A stretch of 61,522 nucleotides of DNA, filler included. It is 7 parts of 7 records of this genome, joined end to end, with 100 filler letters (N's around TTAATTAATTAA, not from the genome) between each part and the next. Parts side by side here need not be neighbours in the genome. Positions count along the whole stretch, not along the records: positions 42,782 to 55,471 come from DRR378314_2351; 6 more parts are not named here. One strand, 5' to 3'. A program made the position numbers and the translations under genes. Below the pieces are notes generated by a model, which saw nothing but the letters and a program-made list of their open reading frames with translations, ran no database searches and had not been told where the DNA came from. Of this stretch, positions 42,682 through 54,583 are shown piece by piece (position 1 is the stretch's first letter; the number at the start of each line of letters is the position of its first letter).

Positions 42682-42781
42682 NNNNNNNNNNNNNNNNNNN
42701 NNNNNNNNNNNNNNNNNNNNNNNNNTTAATTAATTAANNNNNNNNNNNNNNNNNNNNNNNNNNNNNNNNNNNNNNNNNNNN
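42682..42781. other. Artificial contig linker
   Basis: N44-TTAATTAATTAA-N44. Confidence 0.99.
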
Positions 42782-42970
42782 TTGGCACAAGCAACCCATT
42801 ACCGAGAAGATCGACTCTAAAAAGCCTTCTTGGATTTGTGTGCGGGCAGCGTTTAAGCGGCGGCTAATGCGTCGCCCTAGCCACCAGCCCAACCCACCGC
42901 CTACCAGCAGGCCAATGGGGCCGCCGACAGCAAGGCCAATCAGGCCAAACAAAATAATCAAAAATAGCAT
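42782..42970 (-). CDS. DjlA/TerB-like protein N-terminus (3' truncated)
   Basis: GLAVGGPIGLLVG TM segment, then F..MG.L. Confidence 0.65.
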
Positions 42971-42999
42971 GGTGTTCTCAACCGTTGAAAAGTTAAAAG

Positions 43000-44925
43000 T
43001 TACGGGAGACGAGCACGAATAGCGCGCTCGATACCGTCGGCATCCAGGCCGCAGTCGCGTAGCAACTCTGCGGGGGTGCCGTGTTCAACAAAGGTGTCAG
43101 GCAGGCCTAAATTAAGCACTTCGATTTGTACCCCTTCCGCGTGCAGCAGCTCGTTCACTGCGCTGCCGGCGCCACCGGCGATCACATTCTCTTCCAGAGT
43201 GACCAGCAGCTCATGTTCATCGGCGGCATGCAGCACGGTGTCTCGGTCCAGTGGCTTGATAGAGCGCATATTGATATGCGTTGCGTCGAGCTTTTCGGCA
43301 ACCTCAGCGGCGGCGCTGTTGACGCTACCAAATGCCAGCAATGCAATGCGCACACCCTCATTCCCAGCGTCGCGGCGTAGCTGTGCTTGGCCAATGGGCA
43401 GCGGCTCTAAGTGTTCAGGAATGGCTGCGCCCGGGCCTGTGCCACGTGGGTAGCGAACCGCTGCTGGGCCTGGGTGATGGTAAGCGGCGCTAAGCATGGC
43501 GCGGCACTCTGCTTCATCAGCAGGGGCTAAAATCACCATGCCTGGAATGCAACGTAAAAAAGACAAATCCATGCTGCCGTGGTGCGTTGGCCCGTCTTCA
43601 CCCACAAGGCCTGCGCGGTCAATCGCAAAGGTTACGTCTAGATTCTGGACGGCAACATCGTGAATAAGTTGGTCGTAGCCGCGCTGTAAGAACGTGGAAT
43701 AGATCGCCACAACAGGCTTCATGCCCTCGCAGGCCATGCCCGCAGCGAGCGTTACGGCATGCTGCTCGGCGATCGCGACATCAAAATAGCGCTCAGGATA
43801 CTGCTGGGAGAAACGAATTAAATCCGAGCCTTCGCCCATGGCGGGGGTAATTCCCATCAGCCGTGAATCGGTGGCTGCCATATCGCACAGCCAGTCGCCG
43901 AACACGTTGCAGTACTTTTTCTTAGCCGGGGCCTTGGGCGCTGCCGCTGGCTTCACCAGTGGCGCATTGGCAGTGGCGCTGGGCTTTTCTAGCTTAGTGA
44001 TGGCGTGGTAGCCAATCTGGTCAGCTTCGGCGGGCAGAAAACCTTTACCCTTAACTGTTTTGATATGCAGAAATTGGGGGCCGTCCTGGTCGCGCAGGTT
44101 GCGCAATGTTTCGGTGAGCGCCTCCAGGTCGTGGCCATCGATCGGGCCGATGTAGTGAAAGCCCATTTCTTCAAATAGCGTGGCAGGGCTCACCATGCCT
44201 TTCATGTGCTCTTCGGTGCGCTTGGCAAGCTCGAGTGCGCCCGGCAGATGGGAGAGCACTTTTTTGCCTTCTTCACGCATCTTAAGGAAGGGCTTACTAG
44301 ACAGTACACGGGCTAGATAGGTCGCGATGCCGCCAACATTTTCCGAGATCGACATCTCATTGTCGTTCAGCACCACTAGCATATTTGCGTTAACGTGGCC
44401 CGCATGGGCCAGCGCTTCAAACGCCATGCCCGCAGTGAGTGCGCCATCGCCAATAATGGCGCACACACGACGCGGGTCGTTTTGTGCCTGGGCGGCTAAC
44501 GCCATCCCCAGGGCGGCTGAAATTGACGTGCTGGAGTGGCCAACACCGAAGGTGTCGTAATCAGATTCTGCGCGGCGGGGAAACGCTGCTAGGCCGCCAT
44601 GCTGGCGAATACTGAGCATCGCTTCGCGTCGCCCAGTTAAAATTTTATGCGGGTACGCTTGATGGCCTACGTCCCACACCAAACGGTCTTTGGGCGTATG
44701 AAATGCGTGGTGCAGCGCTACGGTCAGTTCCACAACGCCCAGGCCTGCACCGAAGTGGCCGCCTGTCACACCCACGCTGTATAGCAAGTAGGCACGTAGT
44801 TCGTCAGCCAACTGGGCAAGCTGCCTAGCATTCATGGCCCGCAGCGCAGCGGGATGATCAAAAGAGTCGAGCAGCGGCGTTGCCGGGCGCTCGCGGGGAA
44901 TCTCGTCGAACAGCTTCATAGGCAT
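43000..44925 (-). CDS. dxs: 1-deoxy-D-xylulose-5-phosphate synthase
   Basis: [35 protein letters not shown]. Confidence 0.97.
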   Translation of the reverse strand: MPMKLFDEIPRERPATPLLDSFDHPAALRAMNARQLAQLADELRAYLLYSVGVTGGHFGAGLGVVELTVALHHAFHTPKDRLVWDVGHQAYPHKILTGRREAMLSIRQHGGLAAFPRRAESDYDTFGVGHSSTSISAALGMALAAQAQNDPRRVCAIIGDGALTAGMAFEALAHAGHVNANMLVVLNDNEMSISENVGGIATYLARVLSSKPFLKMREEGKKVLSHLPGALELAKRTEEHMKGMVSPATLFEEMGFHYIGPIDGHDLEALTETLRNLRDQDGPQFLHIKTVKGKGFLPAEADQIGYHAITKLEKPSATANAPLVKPAAAPKAPAKKKYCNVFGDWLCDMAATDSRLMGITPAMGEGSDLIRFSQQYPERYFDVAIAEQHAVTLAAGMACEGMKPVVAIYSTFLQRGYDQLIHDVAVQNLDVTFAIDRAGLVGEDGPTHHGSMDLSFLRCIPGMVILAPADEAECRAMLSAAYHHPGPAAVRYPRGTGPGAAIPEHLEPLPIGQAQLRRDAGNEGVRIALLAFGSVNSAAAEVAEKLDATHINMRSIKPLDRDTVLHAADEHELLVTLEENVIAGGAGSAVNELLHAEGVQIEVLNLGLPDTFVEHGTPAELLRDCGLDADGIERAIRARLP

Positions 44926-44954
44926 GTTTTCATGGACAGGGTCATGGACATCGT

Positions 44955-45851
44955 TTAGTGGTCGCGCTCGATCATATAGTGGGCAAGATCGGCCAGCGGT
45001 GCGCCTTGCTCGCCAAGCGGGGCGAGGGCGGCAATGGCCTCTTCGATAAGCATATTTGCTTTGCGTTGTGCGCCGGAAAGTCCCAGTAAGCTAGGGTAAG
45101 TCGGCTTGGCACGTGCAGCATCAGCGCCAGAGATTTTACCCAGTGTGACGGTATCGCCCGTCACATCAAGGACATCGTCATGAATCTGGAAGGCTAGACC
45201 AATGGCGCGGGCGTAGCGAATCAGAGCGGCAAGCCGAGGATCGTTTTCATCCACTGCGACTAAGCCGCCTAAGCGCACTGCGGCCACAATCAGCGCGCCA
45301 GTTTTGTGGGCATGCATATGAGCCAAGGCATCCACGTCCGGATGGCCACCTACGGCGGCTAAGTCGAGTGCCTGGCCTGCGACCATTCCTGCCCGGCCAG
45401 AGGCAACGGCCAGCGTGGTGACCATGCTGCCAAGCCGTGGATGAGGCTGGCTGGCAAGTACCTCGAAGGCCAGTGCTTGCAGTGCGTCTCCCGCTAAAAT
45501 TGCGGTAGCTTCATCGAACGCTTTATGCACAGTGGGTTGGCCGCGACGCAGGTCGTCATCGTCCATGGCAGGCAAATCGTCATGAATCAATGAGTACGCA
45601 TGAATCAGCTCAATGGCTGCTGCAGGTGCATCCAGCTCGTCGTCCCGCGCCCCTAGCGCGTTACCTGCGAGATATACCAGCAGTGGCCGCAAGCGCTTAC
45701 CACCTACCAATAGGCCGTGACGCATAGCGGCTTCCAGGCGCGGCGCGATGGCTGGTTGGGAGTCAAACAAGGCTGAAAGTGTGGCATCTACCCGCGCGTT
45801 ACTCGCGTGGCGCAGCGTCGCCAGTTGAGAAGCATTAGCCGTCGTTACCAT
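44955..45851 (-). CDS. ispA: Farnesyl diphosphate synthase
   Basis: [27 protein letters not shown]. Confidence 0.95.
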   Translation of the reverse strand: MVTTANASQLATLRHASNARVDATLSALFDSQPAIAPRLEAAMRHGLLVGGKRLRPLLVYLAGNALGARDDELDAPAAAIELIHAYSLIHDDLPAMDDDDLRRGQPTVHKAFDEATAILAGDALQALAFEVLASQPHPRLGSMVTTLAVASGRAGMVAGQALDLAAVGGHPDVDALAHMHAHKTGALIVAAVRLGGLVAVDENDPRLAALIRYARAIGLAFQIHDDVLDVTGDTVTLGKISGADAARAKPTYPSLLGLSGAQRKANMLIEEAIAALAPLGEQGAPLADLAHYMIERDH

Positions 45852-46141
45852 GGCGGCGTTTCCTCGCTGTCGTTGCCGTGATGAGTGGCATTGTCCGTTT
45901 CTGGAACCGCCGCGAAAGAGGTAACATCAAGCTTACCATCGCGGTCTTCACTTAATGCGCGAACTTTTAGTTCGGCGTTGTCGAGCCGCTGCTGGGCTTC
46001 ACGCGTGAGTCGCACGCCTTGTTCAAACGCGGTCAGAGCGTTCTCCAATGAGAGTTCGCCGGACTCAAGGCGTTCCACAATGGTTTCAAGCTGTGAAACC
46101 GTTGCGGCGAAATCTTGCGCTGGTGGAGTGTTATCGCTCAT
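45845..46141 (-). CDS. xseB: Exodeoxyribonuclease VII small subunit
   Basis: LETIVERLESGELSLE...FEQGV; conserved xseB-ispA-dxs order. Confidence 0.93.
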   Translation of the reverse strand: MSDNTPPAQDFAATVSQLETIVERLESGELSLENALTAFEQGVRLTREAQQRLDNAELKVRALSEDRDGKLDVTSFAAVPETDNATHHGNDSEETPPW

Positions 46142-46424
46142 TGGGTAAGGCCTACTATTTTGCTGGCGCCCTGACGCTGATTACGGGCGGCGAATGTGAC
46201 TATAGCCGTGTTATCAAAAAATAAACGCCCAGTATACACCGAGCTAAGGGGGTGGCGTCTGCCCTCATCCTGGGTCAATTCTGCTACTTGCGTCTGGTTC
46301 ATCTTGTAAACGCACACTTTTCATCATCTCAAGACGCCGAGAGCGGCAGTGATTGTGCTACCATATGCGCCTTCCGTGAACCGATACACGGCGCATGCCG
46401 CCGACCATAGAGGTTGATTCAGCC

Positions 46425-47669
46425 ATGGCCAAAACGTCCCTGGACAAGAGCAAGATCAAGATCCTGCTGCTCGAGGGCGTCCACCAAAGCGCGGTGGACA
46501 ATTTTCACAACGCAGGTTATGAGAACATCGAGCACCTGCCGACATCGCTAGATGAAGCGTCGCTGATCGAAAAGATTCGTGATGTGCACTTCATCGGCAT
46601 TCGCTCGCGTACGCAGCTCAATGAGCGCGTATTTGACGCGGCAGAAAAGCTGGTGGGCGTTGGCTGTTTCTGTATCGGAACGAACCAGGTTGACTTGACG
46701 GCAGCCCTTAAGCGCGGCATCGCGGTGTTTAACGCGCCGTACTCCAATACCCGTTCGGTCGCAGAGTTAGTGCTGGCGGAAGCCATCATGCTGCTACGTG
46801 GTATCCCCGAGAAGAATGCTCGCGCCCACCAAGGCGGCTGGCTGAAATCGGCGAAAAACTCCCACGAAGCGCGGGGCAAAACCCTGGGTATCGTTGGTTA
46901 CGGTAGCATCGGTGCGCAGCTTTCAGTATTGGCTGAATCGCTTGGCTTCAATGTTATCTATTACGATGTGATCACCAAGCTAGGCATGGGCAATGCGAAT
47001 CAGGTAGCGAGCCTGGAGCAGCTGTTAGAACGCTCTGACGTGGTTAGCCTGCACGTTCCTGACTTGCCTGCTACGCGCTGGATGATTGGCGAGAAAGAGA
47101 TCGCGGCCATGAAACAGGGCGCCATCCTGATTAACGCAGCCCGTGGTAGCGTTGTAGAGATTGAGCCACTGGCAGAGGCGATTAAAGCTGGCAAGCTGAA
47201 CGGTGCCGCTATTGATGTCTTCCCGGTAGAGCCGAAAGGCAACGATGAAGAGTTCCAAAGCCCGCTACGCGGCCTGGATAACGTGATTTTAACGCCCCAT
47301 ATCGGTGGTTCTACCCTGGAAGCTCAGGAGAATATCGGTATTGAGGTGGCTGAAAAGCTGATTACTTATTCGGATAATGGCACCACGGTTACCTCTGTTA
47401 ACTTCCCAGAAGTGGCGCTGCCTGCTCACCCGGATAAGCACCGTCTGTTGCACATTCATGACAACGTGCCTGGCGTGTTATCGCAAATTAACCGCGTACT
47501 GTCTGAAAACGGCATCAACATTTCAGGTCAGTACCTGCAAACCAATGACAAAGTGGGCTACGTGGTCATTGATGTCGATAAAGCCTATGGCCCACAGGCC
47601 CTAGAAGCGTTGAAGAAAGTTGAGCACACGCTGAAAATTCGCGCGCTGTACTCGTCGCATAATAGTTAA
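46425..47669 (+). CDS. serA: D-3-phosphoglycerate dehydrogenase
   Basis: MAKTSLDKSKIKILLLEG, GYGSIG, PHIGGST, ACT domain. Confidence 0.96.
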   Translation: MAKTSLDKSKIKILLLEGVHQSAVDNFHNAGYENIEHLPTSLDEASLIEKIRDVHFIGIRSRTQLNERVFDAAEKLVGVGCFCIGTNQVDLTAALKRGIAVFNAPYSNTRSVAELVLAEAIMLLRGIPEKNARAHQGGWLKSAKNSHEARGKTLGIVGYGSIGAQLSVLAESLGFNVIYYDVITKLGMGNANQVASLEQLLERSDVVSLHVPDLPATRWMIGEKEIAAMKQGAILINAARGSVVEIEPLAEAIKAGKLNGAAIDVFPVEPKGNDEEFQSPLRGLDNVILTPHIGGSTLEAQENIGIEVAEKLITYSDNGTTVTSVNFPEVALPAHPDKHRLLHIHDNVPGVLSQINRVLSENGINISGQYLQTNDKVGYVVIDVDKAYGPQALEALKKVEHTLKIRALYSSHNS

Positions 47670-47693
47670 ACGCTGTTGTCAGCGTGATCATCT

Positions 47694-47721
47694 AAAACGG
47701 CCTCACTTTCGAGGCCGTTTT
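47694..47721. terminator. Bidirectional terminator
   Basis: AAAACGGCCTC-ACTTTC-GAGGCCGTTTT between convergent genes. Confidence 0.8.
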
Positions 47722-47743
47722 TCGTTTCAGGGCTGAGGTTGCG

Positions 47744-48433
47744 CTAGGCTAGATCAAACAGCAGCACTTCGGCTGCTTGTCCGCCGGTTACGCTAAACGT
47801 CTCACCCGGTTGAAAGACGGCGGCATCTCCAGAGCCAAGGGTTTCGCCGTTAACGTCAATCGTTCCTTTTACCACATGCAGCCAGGCATAGCGTGATGGT
47901 GGGGCCGCCGCCTGCTCGCCAGCGTCGAACAAGCCAGCGTAAAGGTTAACGTCTTGGTTAACGCTCACCGAGCCTTCGCGACCATCTTGAGAAGCGACTA
48001 AGCGCCACTGTCCCTGGCGTTCAGCGGTTGGAAAGGCTTTCTGCTCATAACTAGGGGCAATGCCGCGTTTGGCCGGCTCGATCCAAATCTGCAGGAAATG
48101 CAGCCCGTTCTCTTTTGAATGATTAAACTCGCTGTGCAATACGCCAGTACCTGCGGACATACGCTGTACATCGCCCGGGCGCATGACTTCACCGTTACCC
48201 ATATTATCGCGATGCTCCATTTCCCCTTCCAGCACATAGGAGATGATCTCCATATCCTGGTGAGGGTGGGCGCCAAAGCCATTGCCAGGGGTTACCCTAT
48301 CTTCGTTAATTACCCGCAGCGCTCGGAATCCCATATGGTTAGGATCCACATAGTTGGCGAACGAAAAGGTGTGGAAAGAGCGCAGCCAGCCGTGGTCGGC
48401 ATAGCCCCGCTCGTTAGAACGACGGATGTGCAT
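47744..48433 (-). CDS. Pirin family protein (YhhW-like)
   Basis: RGYADHGWL, HPHQDMEI, HSE, LQIWI. Confidence 0.92.
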   Translation of the reverse strand: MHIRRSNERGYADHGWLRSFHTFSFANYVDPNHMGFRALRVINEDRVTPGNGFGAHPHQDMEIISYVLEGEMEHRDNMGNGEVMRPGDVQRMSAGTGVLHSEFNHSKENGLHFLQIWIEPAKRGIAPSYEQKAFPTAERQGQWRLVASQDGREGSVSVNQDVNLYAGLFDAGEQAAAPPSRYAWLHVVKGTIDVNGETLGSGDAAVFQPGETFSVTGGQAAEVLLFDLA

Positions 48434-48654
48434 GGTGTTCTCCGAAAACGTCGTAGGAATAACACCAATATACGCCCGCTCGACGGGCGCGTGGGGTGAA
48501 GCTTTTTAGATGGTCAGATCGAATAAATCGACGATTGATCAGCGCCCCCTAGTCATTGTCAGGCAGAGCAGCACTTTGCCTGAATTGTTTGCTAAACTAT
48601 GCGCGTTTATTTACCCGGTCCGCCCTTTGCGAGGGCGACTACCAGGAGTATTCC

Positions 48655-49614
48655 ATGACGGAAACCACCCAAATGCCGCCCATTGTGGTCGCGGCACTGT
48701 ATAAGTTTGTCACTCTGAACGACTTTGAAGCCCTGCGTGAGCCACTGCGTCAGACAATGGTCGATAACAACGTTAAAGGCACGCTGCTGTTGGCTAAAGA
48801 AGGCATTAACGGCACCGTGGCGGGGACTCGCGAAGGCATTGATGCCCTGCTGGCCTGGCTGACCGCCGACCCTCGCTTAAGCGATATCGACCACAAAGAG
48901 TCCTATTGTGACGAAACGCCGTTTTACCGTACTAAGGTGAAACTGAAAAAAGAGATCGTCACCCTGGGCGTGCCGGATATTGATCCTAACGACACCGTTG
49001 GCACCTACGTGGAGCCGGAAAATTGGAATGACGTGATCTCCGACCCGGACGTGCTGGTGATTGATACCCGCAATGATTACGAAGTGGCGATTGGTAGCTT
49101 TGAGCGGGCGATTGACCCGAAAACGACCACCTTCCGTGAGTTTCCTGAGTACGTGCGTGAGCACTACAACCCAGAAAAGCACAAGAAAGTCGCGATGTTT
49201 TGCACCGGTGGTATCCGCTGTGAAAAGGCCTCCAGCTTTATGCTGAAAGAGGGCTTTGAAGAGGTCTATCACCTTAAAGGCGGTGTGCTGAACTACCTCG
49301 AAAAGGTCCCGGAAGAGCAGTCTTTATGGCGTGGTGAGTGTTTCGTGTTTGATAACCGCGTCACCGTGCGCCACGACCTTAGCGAAGGTGAGCATGAGCA
49401 GTGCCACGCTTGCCGTATGCCTATTTCGCTTGATGATATGCAGTCGTCGGCCTATGAGCCGGGCATCAGCTGCCCTCACTGCATCGACTCACTCCCCGAA
49501 AAAACCCGCGCTGCCGCCCGAGAGCGTCAACGCCAAATCGAACTGGCTAAGGCCCGTGGTGAACCCCATCCTCTAGGCTATAACCAGCGCAAGGGCAACC
49601 GCGCAAACACGTAA
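48655..49614 (+). CDS. trhO: tRNA uridine(34) hydroxylase (rhodanese domain)
   Basis: [34 protein letters not shown]. Confidence 0.9.
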   Translation: MTETTQMPPIVVAALYKFVTLNDFEALREPLRQTMVDNNVKGTLLLAKEGINGTVAGTREGIDALLAWLTADPRLSDIDHKESYCDETPFYRTKVKLKKEIVTLGVPDIDPNDTVGTYVEPENWNDVISDPDVLVIDTRNDYEVAIGSFERAIDPKTTTFREFPEYVREHYNPEKHKKVAMFCTGGIRCEKASSFMLKEGFEEVYHLKGGVLNYLEKVPEEQSLWRGECFVFDNRVTVRHDLSEGEHEQCHACRMPISLDDMQSSAYEPGISCPHCIDSLPEKTRAAARERQRQIELAKARGEPHPLGYNQRKGNRANT

Positions 49615-49619
49615 CTCAC

Positions 49620-49646
49620 GAGGCCTCCTGCTCTTCAGGAGGCCTC
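49620..49646 (+). terminator. Probable terminator
   Basis: GAGGCCTCCTG-CTCTT-CAGGAGGCCTC followed by TTT. Confidence 0.75.
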
Positions 49647-49720
49647 TTTGGTCGTATCTCGCCAACATTAGCCTTTGTACGCGCTAGACTGAGCATCTCT
49701 CGACTGTCTAGGAGCTTTCT

Positions 49721-50527
49721 ATGCCTGCCTCTTTAGATGCGCCACTGGTGTCTTCAGATCTGCTGCAACGCACTGATTATCAAGGGGTAACGACCCTTAC
49801 GTTAAACCAGCCTGAACGCTTTAATGCATTGTCTGAGGCTATGTTGACGGCGCTGCAACGCGCGCTTGATGACATTGCCCAGGATGAGCATGTGCGCTGC
49901 GTGGTGTTGGCCGCGAACGGCAAGGCATTTTGCGCAGGGCATGATTTAAAGCAGATGCGTGCGAACCCTGATAAAGCCTACTACCAGGCGCTGTTTGCTC
50001 GCTGCGGCGCGGTGATGCAGAGCATCGTTAACTTACCTGTCCCTGTGATTGCTAAAGTTCAGGGCATTGCGACAGCCGCTGGCTGCCAGCTCGTCGCTAG
50101 CTGTGATTTGGCTGTGGCGGCTAGCAATGCTCGATTTGCTGTGTCAGGAATCAATGTGGGGCTGTTCTGTTCGACACCTGCAGTAGCACTGTCGCGTAAT
50201 GTGTCGCGAAAGCGGGCGATGGAAATGCTGCTGACCGGAGAGTTCATCAGTGCCACTCAGGCCGCGGACTGGGGGCTTATCAACCGGGTTGCCGAAGAGA
50301 GCGAACTCGATAGTGCCGTGGGCGAACTCACTGCGAGCATCTGCGCCAAGAGCGCAGTGGCGGTGCGCACTGGCAAAGCCATGTTCGCACGGCAGCTAGC
50401 GATGCCGTTACAGGAAGCCTATGCGTTTGCTGGCGAAACCATGGCATGCAACATGTTGGCAGACGATGCAGCTGAGGGTATTGATGCCTTCATCGCCAAG
50501 CGCCCACCTCAGTGGCGCCATCGCTAG
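49721..50527 (+). CDS. Enoyl-CoA hydratase family (ECHDC3-like)
   Basis: FCAGHDLK, ATAAGCQLVASCDL, GLFCSTP. Confidence 0.9.
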   Translation: MPASLDAPLVSSDLLQRTDYQGVTTLTLNQPERFNALSEAMLTALQRALDDIAQDEHVRCVVLAANGKAFCAGHDLKQMRANPDKAYYQALFARCGAVMQSIVNLPVPVIAKVQGIATAAGCQLVASCDLAVAASNARFAVSGINVGLFCSTPAVALSRNVSRKRAMEMLLTGEFISATQAADWGLINRVAEESELDSAVGELTASICAKSAVAVRTGKAMFARQLAMPLQEAYAFAGETMACNMLADDAAEGIDAFIAKRPPQWRHR

Positions 50528-50548
50528 CAACGCTTGAGATATCATTGG

Positions 50549-50563
50549 TGGAATTTGTTTCCG
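50549..50563. promoter_or_regulatory. IclR/AllR-type operator
   Basis: TGGAATTTGTTTCCG resembles the TGGAAATNATTTCCA IclR box; upstream of the IclR-family gene. Confidence 0.55.
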
Positions 50564-50608
50564 TAAACGCGACAGCGGCCCCGCTGGCGCGTTATCCTCC
50601 CTCACTTT

Positions 50609-51466
50609 ATGCCTTCAGGAGAGGCGCTTTCAGGAGAAAGTAAGGTGAGTGACGTAAAGCGTAGGTCAGTCGGACGTCCGGCGGGGGCCACCAAGGCGAG
50701 CGGTGGGCACAGCCAATCATTAGTACGTGGCCTCACGCTGTTAGAGCATTTGTCGGCAAGCCCATTAGGGTTAGCTTTATCGGAGTTGGCGGAAATGGCT
50801 GATCTCGCGCCATCCACCACTCACCGATTGTTACAAGCGCTACAAAGCCAGGGGTTCGTGACGCAAGAGAGTGAGCAGGGACTTTGGCGCATTGATGTTA
50901 AAACCTTCCGCATTGGTAATAGCTTTTTAGAAGCACGTGATGTCGTCGCCCAAAGCCGACCCTTTTTACGCCGTTTAACCGCAGAAACGGGGGAAACGGC
51001 GAATCTGGGGATTCGGGATGGTGCGACGGCGGTCTTTCTTGCCCAGCATGAGTCGCCGCAGATGATGCGAATGATTACTCGTCTAGGCTCGCGGGCGCCG
51101 CTACATGCTTCTGGGGTGGGCAAAGCCCTACTGGCTTGGATGAGTGAAGACGAGCGTACCGCGCTGCTTAAAGGTTACGACCTTGCCCGAGTGACTGAAA
51201 ATACCCTGCATCAATCCGATGAGCTGTTGATCGAAATGGCGACTATTCGTGCTCAGGGATTTGCCTGCGACCGCGAGGAGCATGCGGTGGGTTTACACTG
51301 CGTGGCCGCCTGTATTCACGATGAGCATGGCACACCGCTGGCGGCTATTTCAGTCTCTGGACCCATGGCGCGTATTCCTGAAGAGCGCCTATTGGCACTA
51401 GGTGCGTTAGTGCGCACCATCGCCGACGAAATCACCCTTCAGTTGGGTGGCCAACTGCCCCGATAA
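50609..51466 (+). CDS. IclR-family regulator (AllR/IclR-like)
   Basis: SQSLVRGL, PSTTHRLL, GETANL, PLHASGVGKA; start may be the GTG near 50645. Confidence 0.9.
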   Translation: MPSGEALSGESKVSDVKRRSVGRPAGATKASGGHSQSLVRGLTLLEHLSASPLGLALSELAEMADLAPSTTHRLLQALQSQGFVTQESEQGLWRIDVKTFRIGNSFLEARDVVAQSRPFLRRLTAETGETANLGIRDGATAVFLAQHESPQMMRMITRLGSRAPLHASGVGKALLAWMSEDERTALLKGYDLARVTENTLHQSDELLIEMATIRAQGFACDREEHAVGLHCVAACIHDEHGTPLAAISVSGPMARIPEERLLALGALVRTIADEITLQLGGQLPR

Positions 51467-51512
51467 GCGGCGCTTTGCGCACCTGCAGTGACTGACGAAG
51501 ACGGCACTCATT

Positions 51513-51944
51513 ATGTTTAGCCTATTCTGGGTGGCGTTGGCTAGCGCCACCTTACTACCTGGCGGCTCAGAGGTGTGGCTGGCACGGTTGTGGTGCTTAG
51601 GCGAGCCCGCGTTGGGGCTTTGGCTCGTCGCCACCGCTGGCAACACCCTGGGCAGTATGATCAATGTGGCGTTGGGACGTTATGCTCGCCAGTTTCAACA
51701 TCGCCGCTGGTTCCCCGCGTCACCGGCTGGATTAGCGCGCGCTGAGCGTTGGTATAAACGTTTTGGTGAAGTCAGCTTGCTGCTTTCGTGGGCACCCGTT
51801 CTTGGTGATCCCCTCACTGTACTCGCAGGTATCTTCAGACTGCCCTGGTGGCGTGCGCTGCTTTGGATTGTGGTGGCCAAAGGGATGCGCTATGCACTGC
51901 TGTTGGCGCTAGCTCACCAATGGCTGGCGCCGCTGTGCGGATAA
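51513..51944 (+). CDS. YqaA/DedA-like membrane protein
   Basis: SATLLPGGSE, GNTLGS, LLSWAPVLGDPLT. Confidence 0.88.
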   Translation: MFSLFWVALASATLLPGGSEVWLARLWCLGEPALGLWLVATAGNTLGSMINVALGRYARQFQHRRWFPASPAGLARAERWYKRFGEVSLLLSWAPVLGDPLTVLAGIFRLPWWRALLWIVVAKGMRYALLLALAHQWLAPLCG

Positions 51945-52171
51945 ATCGACAGATGATGCCAACTTAACTCGCGTTGATGTCACAAATATTGACGCGGCGA
52001 GTGGCGAGCCACGCTCTTTTTCTCATGTTACCCTGTTTATCAATTATACAAATCTTGCACTCGCCGAGAGTGCAATATGAATAGCGTGCACTATGATGTG
52101 CATGAAACGATGCGCATAAACGAGTTAGCAATGACATTGAGTGAAAGATTCATCCAAAGGGAGGTTTAGGT

Positions 52172-54553
52172 GTGACGCCATTACGTTTATTCCCCTGGCT
52201 AGGCGTCTGGTTATTGATGCTATTCGCCTTTCTGACAACGCCTGCACTCGCTCAAACGACGTTGAGTGCGGGAAGCGAAGCCACCGCTAACGCAGAGGAG
52301 CAGCCCTCTTATTCGGCACTTGCCGATCTGCTGGAAGATGAGCAGGCGCGCCAAGAACTGATTGAGCTGCTGCGAAATCAAGCGTCAGTGTTACCCAATG
52401 AACTGACTAGTGAGTTATCACCGGAAGCAGCCGCCCAGGGGAGTGACCTTGCCCCTGAGGATGTATCACTGCCCCGTCAGCTTGCAGAGCTAACCAGTCG
52501 TGTGGTTGGCGATGTTGGCGGACAGATAGAGCAGGCAGTGGCCGTAGTGGGCGACCTATTTACCGGCCAAGGCGCTAGCTCGTTCGACATGGCCGCGTTT
52601 GTTAGTGCGGCAATTAATTTGGGTATCGTGATTGTTGCGACGTTCGCGATATTTTTGCTTTGCCGCCGTTTGGCTAAACCGTTATTTACTAAAATCAGCG
52701 GCTGGTCTCAGCAGGGCAGTGGTTTAACGCCCGTGCTGCGTTTGGTGTTATGTGTCGCTATTGCTGCCGTCGTAGATGTGTTGTTGGTTGCTTTTGCTTA
52801 TGTTGGCGGTAACTTGGTGGCGGCGTTTGCGGTGGGGGAAACAGGCGAACTCTCTACCCGCGCTTCACTATTTCTAAACGCCTTCTTGGTGATTGAACTG
52901 CTGAAAGCCGGTATGCGTATGCTGTTCTCTTCACGCTATGAAGGGCTGCGCTTGTTACCTATTTCAGCAAAAGAAGCTTCCTACTGGAATCGCTGGTTAG
53001 CGCGTTTAATTGGCATGGTCGGCTATGGCTTGATGGTGGTCGTGCCGCTGGTTAATTTCTATATCGCGGCAACCCTAGGCCAAGCCGTCGGCACCTTTAT
53101 TATGTTGCTGGCCTTCATCTACGCGGTTGGCGTCGTGCTTAAAAACCGTGTACGCCTGCGTGACAATCTTAACCAGATGGCAGCGCGAGCGACGATGACC
53201 GCTAGTCGCGTGTCGCTGCGCTTGTTTGCTCGAACCTGGCACTTATTTGCGTTGCTCTACTTCCTGATGGTGTTTGTGCTTACCTTGTTACGCCCTGGGG
53301 ATGCATTGCCGTTCGTGCTGTTTGCCACCTTGAAAACATTAGCCGCCGTGGTCATCGGGCTGTTGAGCTCGGCGTTCCTTACGCAAACTATTGGCCGGCG
53401 TATTCGGCTATCCGATGATCTGCGTCGCAAACTGCCGATGCTGGAAGTGCGCTTAAATAGCTATGTGCCCAATGCCCTGCGTGTGCTGCGTACCGTGCTA
53501 TTAATAGCGGTCGTTATGGTCGTCTTGGATGCCTGGGGAGTGTTTAACCTAGCGGCATGGTACGCCTCCGAACGTGGCGCGAACCTCGTCGGGAAACTTA
53601 CCAGCGTCGCCATCATCTTGATCGTTGCGTTCGGTGTGTGGCTGGGGCTAGCAAGCGTGATTGAGCATAAGCTCAACCCAGAAACGGGGCATGGCGAACC
53701 TTCTGCGCGTGCTAAAACGCTGCTGAGCCTGTTCCGTAATGCCTTAGTGATTGCCATGGTGACGATTACCGGCATGATCGTGTTGTCGGAAATAGGCATT
53801 AATATCGGGCCGCTCATTGCTGGTGCCGGTGTGCTGGGTTTGGCGATTGGTTTTGGTGCTCAAAAACTGGTTCAGGATGTTATTACCGGCATCTTTATTC
53901 AGGTAGAGAATGCCATGAACACCGGTGATGTGGTGACGGTAGGCGGTGTCACCGGTACCGCTGAGCGATTAAGTATTCGTTCGGTAGGCATACGTGATTT
54001 GTCTGGCACTTATCATATTGTGCCGTTCTCCAGCGTTGATACTGTGTCGAACTATATGCGTGAGTACGGTAACCACGTCGGTGAATACGGTATCGGCTAT
54101 AACGAGAGCATCGATGAAGCAATTGAGCAGCTGCAGTTGGCGTTCGAAGACCTGAAGGAGAGCGAAGAGCACAGCCATAAACTGCTGGCTGACCTGACAG
54201 TGGCAGGCGTTACTGCGTTGGCTGACAGCTCTGTCAATATTCGTGTGGTGATCAAAACGACGCCGGGCGATCAGTGGGGTGTTGGGCGTGCCTATAACCG
54301 TTTAGTGAAGTTGCGCTTTGATGCAGCAGGTATCGAGATCCCATTCCCGCATACCACGCTCTATTTTGGTGAAACGAAAGGGGGCAAAACACCACCCGCC
54401 AACGTGCGCGTGTTGGGCTCCACCGCTGAACGTAAAAAGGTAGAAACATCGCCAATCCATCAGGAAAGCGAACAGCTATCCAATCAGTCAGTTCAGGACA
54501 CCAATGAGTCTGATCATCTAAAACCTGATCATGGTGATGTAGACGGTGTGTAA
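52172..54553 (+). CDS. MscS-family mechanosensitive channel (YbiO-like)
   Basis: Large N-terminal TM region plus GAGVLGLAIGFGAQ, GDVV, IEIPFP. Confidence 0.9.
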   Translation: MTPLRLFPWLGVWLLMLFAFLTTPALAQTTLSAGSEATANAEEQPSYSALADLLEDEQARQELIELLRNQASVLPNELTSELSPEAAAQGSDLAPEDVSLPRQLAELTSRVVGDVGGQIEQAVAVVGDLFTGQGASSFDMAAFVSAAINLGIVIVATFAIFLLCRRLAKPLFTKISGWSQQGSGLTPVLRLVLCVAIAAVVDVLLVAFAYVGGNLVAAFAVGETGELSTRASLFLNAFLVIELLKAGMRMLFSSRYEGLRLLPISAKEASYWNRWLARLIGMVGYGLMVVVPLVNFYIAATLGQAVGTFIMLLAFIYAVGVVLKNRVRLRDNLNQMAARATMTASRVSLRLFARTWHLFALLYFLMVFVLTLLRPGDALPFVLFATLKTLAAVVIGLLSSAFLTQTIGRRIRLSDDLRRKLPMLEVRLNSYVPNALRVLRTVLLIAVVMVVLDAWGVFNLAAWYASERGANLVGKLTSVAIILIVAFGVWLGLASVIEHKLNPETGHGEPSARAKTLLSLFRNALVIAMVTITGMIVLSEIGINIGPLIAGAGVLGLAIGFGAQKLVQDVITGIFIQVENAMNTGDVVTVGGVTGTAERLSIRSVGIRDLSGTYHIVPFSSVDTVSNYMREYGNHVGEYGIGYNESIDEAIEQLQLAFEDLKESEEHSHKLLADLTVAGVTALADSSVNIRVVIKTTPGDQWGVGRAYNRLVKLRFDAAGIEIPFPHTTLYFGETKGGKTPPANVRVLGSTAERKKVETSPIHQESEQLSNQSVQDTNESDHLKPDHGDVDGV

Positions 54554-54583
54554 TAGAATGCCGGTTATTGACACGGCTAACTA